NCBI GenBank assembly: GCA_045636925.1
Contig: JAZTYK010000002.1
Location: 61,170-125,169 of the forward strand
DNA length: 64,000 bases
From: Oscillospiraceae bacterium
GTDB taxonomy: Bacteria > Bacillota > Clostridia > Oscillospirales > Butyricicoccaceae
Direction of reading: 5' to 3'
Below are positions 49,721 to 58,175 of the stretch, piece by piece (position 1 is the first letter of the stretch; each line of letters starts with the position of its first letter). Under the pieces are notes generated by a model. That model ran no database searches and was not told the origin of the DNA. It saw only the letters and a program-made list of their open reading frames with translations. A program made the position numbers and the translations under genes.

Positions 49721-50023
49721 TTACCAAAGACAAATGTAATCTTTACGATCGAAACCACTGTCGTATTCCCACTCGCAGTTTCTACAGCGGAGGATATAAT
49801 GTACATAATACTCCTCCGCATCATGTTGTTCGTTGTGCAACGGACATACGATAACGCGATTGAATTGCCAATCCTCAATTCTCCGGAGAACGAGGTCCTC
49901 ACCACAGTTGGGGCACTCGGAAGGTGCGGCGGTTTCTGCCGCGAACGCCATGACGCCCATGGTGGAACAGATCATGATGAGAGCCAATACCAGACTCAGA
50001 GTTCTTTTGGTTTTTCTTAACAT
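49721..50023 (-). CDS. Small Cys-rich protein with N-terminal signal peptide/anchor (paralog A, 100 aa)
   Basis: The start MLRKTKRTLSLVLALIMICSTMGVMAFAA lies 8 nt after AAGGAG. CPNC...CPLH...CRNC...C pattern. Confidence 0.7.
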   Translation of the reverse strand: MLRKTKRTLSLVLALIMICSTMGVMAFAAETAAPSECPNCGEDLVLRRIEDWQFNRVIVCPLHNEQHDAEEYYVHYILRCRNCEWEYDSGFDRKDYICLW

Positions 50024-50183
50024 GTTCATAACTCCTTTTCGTTTGTTTTTTTCTTGAACACAGTCTTCGATATCAAACGCTTCCTGGCCCATTGGACTCA
50101 CCCCTGTCTTCCGCATTTTCTTGCGGTTATTGCGAATTTGAAATGAAGAAGAACAAATATCGCTTATTTGCTTCTCTACTATG

Positions 50184-50212
50184 ATATGTAGAGAAGGACA
50201 CGATTTGTTTCA
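50184..50212 (-). promoter_or_regulatory. ECF-like promoter motif TGAAACAA-N14-TACATAT upstream of small protein A
   Basis: Minus strand TGAAACAA (50205..50212) and TACATAT (50184..50190). Confidence 0.55.
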
Positions 50213-50526
50213 ATCTTTTTTGTCGAATTAACAATTTGTTTGCAATTTAGATGTAAAACAAGCTCGATAAACTCGTCCGGGGCAACGAATCATCTTCATG
50301 TCTTTTCTTCGGGGAGCAATTGCGATATAATAAGAATCATGTTAAAACTTGTTTCTTGCTGAAACTGCAAATCGGAATGTTTTCTATGTCAACCGTAAAG
50401 TTCTTTTGCAAAACAAACTACCGTTTCATCGAATTATGCGTATTCCCTTTTTCAAAATCCTGTGCTATAATCCGCTATAATTGGACATTTACCGATGAAA
50501 TGATATCTGTTCAGGAGGTGATAGCT

Positions 50527-51033
50527 ATGACGGAAGAACAAAAACAGTCGATTGATTCGTATATTCTCTCACATTATGACAAGTTGCTTGGCTTTGCATT
50601 TGGTGCCCTGCATGATCAATATAAAGCAGAGGAAGCCGTGCAGCAGGTTTTTTTGATTGCTTCGAAAAAGCCCGATGCGTTGATCAATAGCCCGAATCCG
50701 GTGGGCTGGCTCATCAATACGCTTAAATATGTCATAGCAAATATGCGCCGTTCTGACTTTGCGGATCAGCGTCTTTTGGCAAAAGCTACAGCTTTGCACG
50801 AAAATGCCGCACAGGAAATTGATATGGATGATCTCCTTACTATAGAAACACTGTGGTCAGATATTATTAAAACACCAGAATTCCAATTTCTGAAGCTGTT
50901 CATCTACGATGGATTATCTGATTCCGAGGTTGCCGAAATGTATGGTATTACATATCTCGCGTGTCGACTTCGAAAATCAAGATATCGCAAGCGACTGCGC
51001 GAACTAATTTTAGAAAAATATGATATTGGATGA
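50527..51033 (+). CDS. Sigma-70-family (ECF-like, regions 2 and 4) RNA polymerase sigma factor
   Basis: The start MTEEQKQSID follows a GGAGGTG RBS. 168 aa. C-terminal HTH LSDSEVAEMYGITYLACRLRKSRYRKRL. Confidence 0.8.
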   Translation: MTEEQKQSIDSYILSHYDKLLGFAFGALHDQYKAEEAVQQVFLIASKKPDALINSPNPVGWLINTLKYVIANMRRSDFADQRLLAKATALHENAAQEIDMDDLLTIETLWSDIIKTPEFQFLKLFIYDGLSDSEVAEMYGITYLACRLRKSRYRKRLRELILEKYDIG

Positions 51034-51091
51034 AACAAATTGGTCCTATCACTACATACTGTAATAGATAGGCCATAGAAAGGAGGGTCAC

Positions 51092-51991
51092 ATGTCTTTC
51101 AACCAACGCTATGAATCGCAAGATTTTACAAAACATGACAGCATGAGCACGGAAGAACTTGGCAAGATTTTAGAGGCCGAGCCTTTGAAACCCCGAGAAG
51201 ATCAACTGCCCGATGACGAACTTCTTTATATTTCTGAGGTTTACAGCAATCGCTTTGATATGCAGAAGATTTTCCCTAAAACCAACGAGGAATATTTGGA
51301 GGAGTTTCACGCCTTTCGGGCATCCCTGTCTGAAGATGATCTTTCTTTTGTCTTGGAGCAAGAAGAAGCTGATTTCAAGGAGACGCTTGCGGTTCTAAAA
51401 CAAGTTAGCAAACGCAAATCCAGCAAAAAAACTCGTCGTCTGCCTGTTCGGAAGCTTGCAGTGATCGCTGCTACAGTGGCCGTAGCTTTTTCATTGATGG
51501 TTCTTCCTGTTAACGCTTCCGGTAACAGCGTACTCGACACCATAGTGATTTGGGCAAAGGAAACATTCCAGTTTGTAAGTAGAGACTCAGGTACTGACGA
51601 TTTTGTTGAAAACACAGAGTTTCAAGAATTTCTGTTACAGTACGATGTGACCGAACCTGTTCCTTCACTGATACCAGCTGGTTTTGAATTATTCACCACA
51701 AATGCGGACATTCAACCTTTACAGTCTAAATTTTTAGCCAACTATACCGACTCAAACAATCATTGTATTAATATCTCTATAAAAACTAAAATTTCTGGAT
51801 CTCCGTCTTATGTTGAACAATTGGGCGGCACATATGAAACCATAAAAATTGCAAGGCAGGAATATTTTATCTTTGACAATACAAATTGTTTAACCGCAGT
51901 GTGGCTTACCGACACTCATGAGTGTATTCTTTCCGGGAATCTCTCTGTTGCTCAAATAGAAACTATGCTTGATTCTATTGCAAAGGATTGA
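51092..51991 (+). CDS. Putative anti-sigma factor-like single-pass membrane protein (DUF4367-like ectodomain)
   Basis: Lies immediately after the sigma gene. Central TM helix LAVIAATVAVAFSLMVL. The C-terminal domain resembles those commonly paired with such sigma factors in Clostridia. Confidence 0.6.
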   Translation: MSFNQRYESQDFTKHDSMSTEELGKILEAEPLKPREDQLPDDELLYISEVYSNRFDMQKIFPKTNEEYLEEFHAFRASLSEDDLSFVLEQEEADFKETLAVLKQVSKRKSSKKTRRLPVRKLAVIAATVAVAFSLMVLPVNASGNSVLDTIVIWAKETFQFVSRDSGTDDFVENTEFQEFLLQYDVTEPVPSLIPAGFELFTTNADIQPLQSKFLANYTDSNNHCINISIKTKISGSPSYVEQLGGTYETIKIARQEYFIFDNTNCLTAVWLTDTHECILSGNLSVAQIETMLDSIAKD

Positions 51992-51996
51992 TCAAA

Positions 51997-52470
51997 ATGT
52001 TATTCAAAAAAAATCATTCTATTTTCAAAATAAGTGCAATTTTAATAACCCTGCTCGTTATTATATCGGTTCCGGCTTATGCGGCAGAGAATGCGTCACA
52101 ATACATCCTGAGTTATGGCGGCTATGTTTACAGCGCCGGCAACGGTGAACTACAAGTCTGGGCAGATGTCACCGCTCACCATTCCGTCGACGAGATTGGA
52201 ATGGCTGTTGTTTCGTTATTGGAATGTCCCACTAACTCTACAAATGATTCGGATTGGGAATGCATATATCATTTTTATTATAATATTTTCCCAGAAATGG
52301 TAGCTTATAATAAGATTACATACAGTGGTAACGTGACTTATGAGGATGGTACGGTTGGCTATTACTACAAGGCACAGATTACAATCTTTGTCGAGCATGA
52401 CGGAACAACCGAAGCCCGAACCTTCTGGACCTCAGCAAAACGAGCTACTTATTTCCCAGAAAACGCATAA
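51997..52470 (+). CDS. Hypothetical secreted protein
   Basis: Signal-peptide-like N-terminus (ISAILITLLVIISVPAYAAE). Overlaps or abuts the previous stop. No family recognised. Confidence 0.6.
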   Translation: MLFKKNHSIFKISAILITLLVIISVPAYAAENASQYILSYGGYVYSAGNGELQVWADVTAHHSVDEIGMAVVSLLECPTNSTNDSDWECIYHFYYNIFPEMVAYNKITYSGNVTYEDGTVGYYYKAQITIFVEHDGTTEARTFWTSAKRATYFPENA

Positions 52471-52480
52471 ATACTATAAA

Positions 52481-52514
52481 ATGCTGGGCACCTGCGGGTG
52501 CCCAGCATTTTTTA
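52481..52514 (+). terminator. Intrinsic terminator of the sigma/anti-sigma operon
   Basis: ATGCTGGGCACC-TGCG-GGTGCCCAGCAT followed by TTTTTT. Confidence 0.9.
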
Positions 52515-52634
52515 ATTAAAGATTAGATGAAACAAAAGTGGCATATCCATACATACTATAGTAAAAGTCAAAAAATGTTGGTTTTTGCAGGATTAAACCG
52601 TTGCCCTCTAAAGGAAAGAAAGGATGCGAAAGTA

Positions 52635-53801
52635 ATGGAAAAGCGTGTTTTTGAAAAGAAAACTAAGGAAGAAAAGCCTGTCTTAGCAATTTGCTATGAT
52701 TTCGACAAGACTTTGACACCAGACGATATGCAAGCGCAGGGATATATTCAATCTGTTGGCTATAATGTTGCTGATTTTTGGAAAGAATCCAACGGCTTGG
52801 CCGAATGCAACGATATGGATCAAAATCTAGCCTATATGTACAAAATGATTGAAAAGGCGCAAGGGCGTGTATTATTTACTCGCAAAAACTTAGAAGAATA
52901 TGGGGCAAAAGTCAAACTTTTTCCTGGTGTGGATGAATGGTTTGAAAGAATTCGAGAGTATGGAAAGCTTCGCGGCGTAATTGTCGAGCATTACATTATT
53001 TCCTCCGGCCTTAAGGAAATGATTGAGGGAACTTCGGTGGCAAAGAGCGGTGCTTTTGAAAAAATATATGCCAGCTCTTTTTATTTTGATGAGCATGGTG
53101 TTGCCAAGTGGCCGGCACAAGTCGTAAATTACACGAATAAGACGCAGTTTCTGTTTAGAATTGAAAAGGGTGTTTTGGATGTAAATGATTTTGCGGTAAA
53201 TGATTTCTTTGCACCCGAAGACATTAGAGTTCCCTTTAGAAATATGGTTTATATTGGTGACAGCGATACGGACATTCCTTGTATGAAGCTGGTTAATACT
53301 TATGGAGGGCACTCCATTGGTGTTTATAATACCGAAAAAGTAAAAGTCTATAAAATGATGCGAGATAGACGAATTAAGTACTATGCACCAGCTGACTATT
53401 CTGAGGGTAGTGAGTTGGATACGTTAGTAAAATCCATTATCGATCGAACTGTAGCCAATGAGATTTTGGAATCGCGACATTATGAATGCAAAAAAGAAAC
53501 CGCCGAAGCGGATAAACAGAGCGGTGAAGAAGAGCAGCGCAAAACAGATTTGATTATTGCGTTGGAAAACAGTAACAGTTTTGCAAGAACACATTCCATT
53601 ATCAGCAAATTGAGTGCGTTTAACAATTGGAGCGATGAAGATCGGGAATTCTTGTTTGACATTGCGGTCGAGAACGGGCAGGTGTTTTACATTTTGGGAG
53701 ATAGGGATGTGAAAGCCTTTTATAAAAAGCTACTGAGGAAGACGGCTACGCTTACGGAAAATGCTCAAAAAGTAAAGGATGCTATAAAAGGCAAAGAGTA
53801 A
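52635..53801 (+). CDS. HAD-superfamily phosphatase-like protein with a ~110-aa C-terminal helical extension
   Basis: The start MEKRVFEKK. Motif I ICYDFDKTLT (DxDxT). Motif IV YIGDSDTDIPCM. Confidence 0.75.
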   Translation: MEKRVFEKKTKEEKPVLAICYDFDKTLTPDDMQAQGYIQSVGYNVADFWKESNGLAECNDMDQNLAYMYKMIEKAQGRVLFTRKNLEEYGAKVKLFPGVDEWFERIREYGKLRGVIVEHYIISSGLKEMIEGTSVAKSGAFEKIYASSFYFDEHGVAKWPAQVVNYTNKTQFLFRIEKGVLDVNDFAVNDFFAPEDIRVPFRNMVYIGDSDTDIPCMKLVNTYGGHSIGVYNTEKVKVYKMMRDRRIKYYAPADYSEGSELDTLVKSIIDRTVANEILESRHYECKKETAEADKQSGEEEQRKTDLIIALENSNSFARTHSIISKLSAFNNWSDEDREFLFDIAVENGQVFYILGDRDVKAFYKKLLRKTATLTENAQKVKDAIKGKE

Positions 53802-53985
53802 AAAGGAGCATTTAAACGGAAAGATGTAAGTGGAATTCCTGTTAGATCTTGACAGGAAAGTTGTTTCATCACAAGCATTGGAATTCAAGGATTCATGCAA
53901 ACAACTTGTTGACATTTAGCACTTTCATTGAGTATGGAAAAGTGATTTATAAGAAGACTTGAATTTAGGTATAAAGGAGATTGGT

Positions 53986-54534
53986 ATGGATCCTGCATAT
54001 ACACAACCATTAGTAGAAATGGGAATGTCCCTCACTGAGCTCGCTATTAAGGGAACAGCTACCGCTGTTACAAATAAAATCAAAGCTGTCAAAGATGAGA
54101 AGAATGTAGAAAAGCTCCGTAACACTTACGATGAAATTGTCAGCGAGTTGCTTTCCGAACGAGATGAAGCGGTTCGAATCGCACAAGCATACAAATCGGA
54201 ATTGGAGAGAATTGTTATTAGTGATGAAGATATAGAACATCTGCACAACACTGTTTCTCGCATTCTGGAAATCATAAAGGCCTTCCAGTTGATTTCGGCA
54301 ACAGCGAAAGGGCCGGATGAGGTAGCTAAAGTTGCTGCACAGGCGGAAAGCTATGAGCAAATCAAGGAATTGATTAGTGTAGACACGCTGAAGACCATGC
54401 AACTTTTAGGATTTAATTATAAAGCTGCGATTGGTGAGCCCTTAACACAAATGTGCGCCAATGCCATCTCAACCATTGGCGCAAAAGGAAAACTACAGTC
54501 ATCCAATATAACTCCCAAGAACAAAGGTCGGTGA
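53986..54534 (+). CDS. Hypothetical all-helical 182-aa protein
   Basis: The start MDPAYTQPLVEM follows AAGGAG. Its stop lies 6 nt before the next ATG. No motif recognised. Confidence 0.6.
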   Translation: MDPAYTQPLVEMGMSLTELAIKGTATAVTNKIKAVKDEKNVEKLRNTYDEIVSELLSERDEAVRIAQAYKSELERIVISDEDIEHLHNTVSRILEIIKAFQLISATAKGPDEVAKVAAQAESYEQIKELISVDTLKTMQLLGFNYKAAIGEPLTQMCANAISTIGAKGKLQSSNITPKNKGR

Positions 54535-54540
54535 AGATAA

Positions 54541-55293
54541 ATGAAGAAAAAATATCAGGTTTTCATTAGCTCAACATATAGCGATCTAATAGAGGAACGT
54601 GCAGCTGTAGCACAGTGTCTGTTAGAGACAGATTGCATTCCTGTTGGCATGGAGCAATTTCCGGCGAGCAATATGAGCCAAATGGATTATATCAAAATGA
54701 TGATTGACGATTGCGATTATTATGTTCTGATACTTGCTGGCAGATATGGATCTCTTGACACCGATGGGGTAAGTTTTACGGAAAAAGAATACAATTACGC
54801 AATCGAAAAAGGCATCCCCGTAATGAGTTTTGTCATCAAAGATGTAGAACAGCTAACAAATGATAAACGCGAGGAAACTGACGAAAGTTGCCAAAAGTTG
54901 AATGCATTTCGGAAAAAGGTTTGTGACAGAAAATTAGTCAAATTCTATAAGGACTGTGGAACGCTTCAAGCTGCTGTTGCTATTTCGCTCCATCGTTGTA
55001 TTCAAGATTTTCCTGCTGTTGGTTGGGTGCGAAGTGATAACACTGAAACACCCGTGGATGTTGAAGCAAAAATCGAAAAGTATATGCAAGAACATACGGT
55101 TTCTAAAGCAGACATTGAAGCATTGTTTGCAGAAGATACAATTATTTTTGATTGCGGTGATGCAAACTTACATGGTTCGGATGCAGAAAAAGCACAAGAA
55201 TCGTGTTCCGACACGGTTTCCTTGGCTGGAGCTCGTGCAATAGTTGAAGGGTTAACAAAAAGGTTACCAAAGGTTGAATGGGGAGACCTTTAA
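54541..55293 (+). CDS. DUF4062-domain (TIR-like fold) protein
   Basis: The N-terminus KYQVFISSTYSDLIEERAAVAQCLLE...IPVGMEQFPA...DYYVLILAGRYG matches the DUF4062 signature as I remember it. Confidence 0.65.
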   Translation: MKKKYQVFISSTYSDLIEERAAVAQCLLETDCIPVGMEQFPASNMSQMDYIKMMIDDCDYYVLILAGRYGSLDTDGVSFTEKEYNYAIEKGIPVMSFVIKDVEQLTNDKREETDESCQKLNAFRKKVCDRKLVKFYKDCGTLQAAVAISLHRCIQDFPAVGWVRSDNTETPVDVEAKIEKYMQEHTVSKADIEALFAEDTIIFDCGDANLHGSDAEKAQESCSDTVSLAGARAIVEGLTKRLPKVEWGDL

Positions 55294-55467
55294 TTGAGTA
55301 AGCGCTTCCATTCCTTTCCCCGTAGCAACAAGAAATCTGATAGTCTATACTTTGTGGACAATGTAGATGCATAAGATACCCTGAACTAAACAGCCTATGC
55401 CAAATTGTTTAGGTTATCTTTTAGAGGAACGAGGGGTATCTGTAACCAACTACCGCGTACTATTTGG

Positions 55468-56943
55468 GACCGTCCCAAATTTTGTGTAAACCTTCATTGT
55501 GGTGTAGAATAGAAGCACCACAATGGAGGTTTTACTTATGAGCAGAAAGAATCGAAGTCCAGAAGAACAGGCCCGGCGAGCAAAAATCCGGGAGTTGCTG
55601 CAAGCGAGCAATATCAGCAGTATGAATGACATCCAGAATCTTTTCAAAGAGACCATCGCAGAATTCATGGAAAACGGTCTGGAATGCGAATTAGATGAGG
55701 AGCTGTGATACAGCAAATATGACTACAAGAACAAAGACACAGACAACAGCCGGAACGGTCACAGTAGCAAAACTCTACGCACCAGCTTCGGCGATGTGGA
55801 TATTTCGGTGCCGCGGGATCGCAAGGGTGAGTTTGAGCCTCAGCTGCTGAAAAAGAATCAGACCAGCATCAGTCAGGATATCGAAGAAAAGATCCTTTCC
55901 ATGTACGCGAAAGGGATGAGTACTAGAGATATCGAAACCCACATCCGGGATATTTATGGCATTGAGGTCTCAGACACAACAGTAAGCCAGGTTACAGACA
56001 AGATCCTTCCCATTGTGAAAGAATGACAGCAGCGGCCTCTGGAGAGCGTTTATGCGGTGGTGTTTCTGGATGCCATCCACTACCATGTCCGGAGCGAAGG
56101 TCAGATTGTGAAGAAGGCCGTCTACATCGCCATAGGAATCAATTTGGACGGCAAAAAAGATGTTCTTGGTATGTGGGTGGGTGAAAATGAAAGCGCTAAA
56201 TTCGGGGCTACTATCCTCAATGGACTGAGAAACCGGGGCGTACAGGACATTTTCATCGCCTGTACGGACAATCTGACTGGTTTTTCTGCAGCTATTGAGG
56301 CCGTATATCCCCGGACGGAGATCCAGAACTGCATCATTCACCAACTCAGAAACTCCAGCAAATATGTCAGTTACAAGGACCTGAAGGTCCTCATGGCTGA
56401 TTTGAAAGAAGTATATGCCGCCTTGGATGCGCTGGATCGCTTTGCAGACCGGTGGGACAAGAAATATCCCAAAATCGCACAGTCCTGGAGAGACAACTGG
56501 CCAAATCTGAGCACCTACTTCAAATTTCCTCAGGAGATTCGCCGGTTGATTTACACCACGAATACAATTGAGGGCTTTAACCGCCAACTCCGAAAGGTAA
56601 CCACGGCAAAAACCGTGTTCCCCACAGATGACAGCCTACTGAAAATGCTGTATCTGGCCATGATGGACATTACGAAGAAATGGACTGGACGGCGCCAGGA
56701 CTGGAGTATGATCCATGCCCAAATGGCCGTTTATTTTGAGGACAGGATGCCTGATTAACAGATCATTACATGCAAATCAAGGGTAAAGTGAACAGCTGCT
56801 TCCCAGCCGCTGCACTTGACATGCGCGCTATTTTCTGTCTATATTGAAAGCAAGGGGTGGCGGACAAGCCACCACCCCAACAAATAATTTTTGCTCTATT
56901 TTTCACCGCTCTGCGGTGTTTACACAGAATTTGGGACACATCC
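55468..56943 (+). mobile_element. IS256-family insertion sequence (1476 bp), non-autonomous copy
   Basis: Imperfect terminal inverted repeats (GTCCCAAATTTTGTGTAAAC versus the reverse complement GTCCCAAATTCTGTGTAAAC). Flanked by direct TACTATTTGG at 55458..55467 and 56944..56953. Confidence 0.85.
55538..56758 (+). pseudogene. IS256-family (Transposase_mut) transposase with two in-frame TGA stops
   Basis: A single frame is interrupted at 55706..55708 (expected Gly in ELDEELGYSKYDY) and at 56024..56026 (expected Trp in VKEWQQRPLE). The DDE region is otherwise intact. Confidence 0.85.
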
Positions 56944-57098
56944 TACTATTTGGTGAGTATGTTTGTTAATCGGGTCCTTGATGAAAACATAAACCAAGAG
57001 AGCGGGTAATCCGCCTCCTCTTTGATTGTTTGTATGCTTGCAAAGCGTACAAACCATTACGGGGTTCATAGTTTGTACATCTCCAAACTAAAAGAATA

Positions 57099-57134
57099 GA
57101 CCTCACAGCGTTTGCTGTGAGGTCATTTTTGTTT
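57099..57134. terminator. Bidirectional intrinsic terminator downstream of the repressor gene
   Basis: GACCTCACAGC-GTTT-GCTGTGAGGTC followed by ATTTTTGTTT, with an A/T run upstream. Confidence 0.8.
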
Positions 57135-57166
57135 AGTGGTTTTTCATTGCTTTGGTTTTCATGAAT

Positions 57167-58012
57167 TTACTCAAGATCTAAAGTAGTATCTACTATCTGT
57201 CTCAATTTTTCTTCTGCACTTCTATAACTAATTACTAAGTCTTTTTCTTTCTTGCTCAACACAATTGCCTCTTGCTGTGCATTAAACTTGTAAAAATCGG
57301 CCAGCTCAACCGCTTTCCCTTCAGCAGAAAAAACTTCGCAAAGTCTTATCAAATCGTAATCTGTTGGCACTCTAATGCGTAACTCCCACTGCTGAATTAC
57401 TGTCTCCGCAATTCCCATACGTTCTGCAAGAAATCCTTGTGTAAGCCCTCTCTCTTTTCGGAAAGACATGATTGCTCTTCCGAAATCATAGGCTTCAAAG
57501 TCTTCCGGAGATTCTACATGCATCAATCCTTCAATCGCTGGATCGGTTTCCGTCTTTCCCGAAAGGTACTCATATGATACGCCCATTATTTTAGCAATCG
57601 CACGAAGATATTTCGCTGGAACAACATAATGTGCGCTTTCAAACCTCAAGTAATGAGCTAAAGAAATTCCCAGCATTTCTGCCATCATCGCGGCTCGATA
57701 TCGCAACGCATATCTCGCATTTTGCAGTTTTTGCGAAACATCAATGATAGATATGTCAGTATCTGTTGTTCCGCTGAAGTATTCACTACACGTTAGGGCA
57801 TCCAAATCAATTTCAAGTGCTTGGCTTATTTTATACGCTGTATCTAACGACGTTGTACCTACGCCACGCTTTAAAATTGTACCCATAGAGGTTACCGGGA
57901 TTCCTGCTTTTTTCGCAAAATCTTTTATCGTCATTCCAGTCTCTGCTATTAAACGTCTAAGAAACGCTTCTCTGGTCTCGCCAATCAGTAATTCGGGAGT
58001 TTGCTTTCTCAT
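57167..58012 (-). CDS. XRE-family transcriptional regulator with three tandem HTH domains (element repressor candidate)
   Basis: The start MRKQTPELL follows AGAAGGTG. There are three HTH_3-like segments (MTIKDFAKKAGIPVTSMGTILKRG, AAMMAEMLGISLAHYLRFE, LTQGFLAERMGIAETVIQQWE). Confidence 0.8.
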   Translation of the reverse strand: MRKQTPELLIGETREAFLRRLIAETGMTIKDFAKKAGIPVTSMGTILKRGVGTTSLDTAYKISQALEIDLDALTCSEYFSGTTDTDISIIDVSQKLQNARYALRYRAAMMAEMLGISLAHYLRFESAHYVVPAKYLRAIAKIMGVSYEYLSGKTETDPAIEGLMHVESPEDFEAYDFGRAIMSFRKERGLTQGFLAERMGIAETVIQQWELRIRVPTDYDLIRLCEVFSAEGKAVELADFYKFNAQQEAIVLSKKEKDLVISYRSAEEKLRQIVDTTLDLE

Positions 58013-58090
58013 ACAATCACCTTCTTTTGCTTTTATCCTATCACGCTCTCCCTCAAAACGCAATAGCGTATCTGTTTTTTCATTTTTTGC

Positions 58091-58119
58091 TTGACAACTT
58101 TTTCAAAACATTGTATCAT
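58091..58119 (+). promoter_or_regulatory. Sigma-70 promoter for xis-int, divergent from the repressor
   Basis: TTGACA-17 nt-TATCAT. Flanked by AAAACG-N5/6-(G)CGT(T/A)T dyads at about 58057..58076 and 58127..58146. Confidence 0.6.
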
Positions 58120-58175
58120 TTAATTATAAAACGTTTTTGCGTTTTTTCATTTAAGTTCTCTGGGGGAAATCGGGA

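Noticed and set aside
55706-56026. Possibility that the host reads TGA as a sense codon (Gly or Trp), making the IS256 transposase intact
   Set aside because: Host genes in this window clearly terminate at TGA (for example lexA at 23169..23171 and the anti-sigma-like gene at 51989..51991) with correct protein lengths. TGA is therefore a stop in this genome and the transposase is a pseudogene here.
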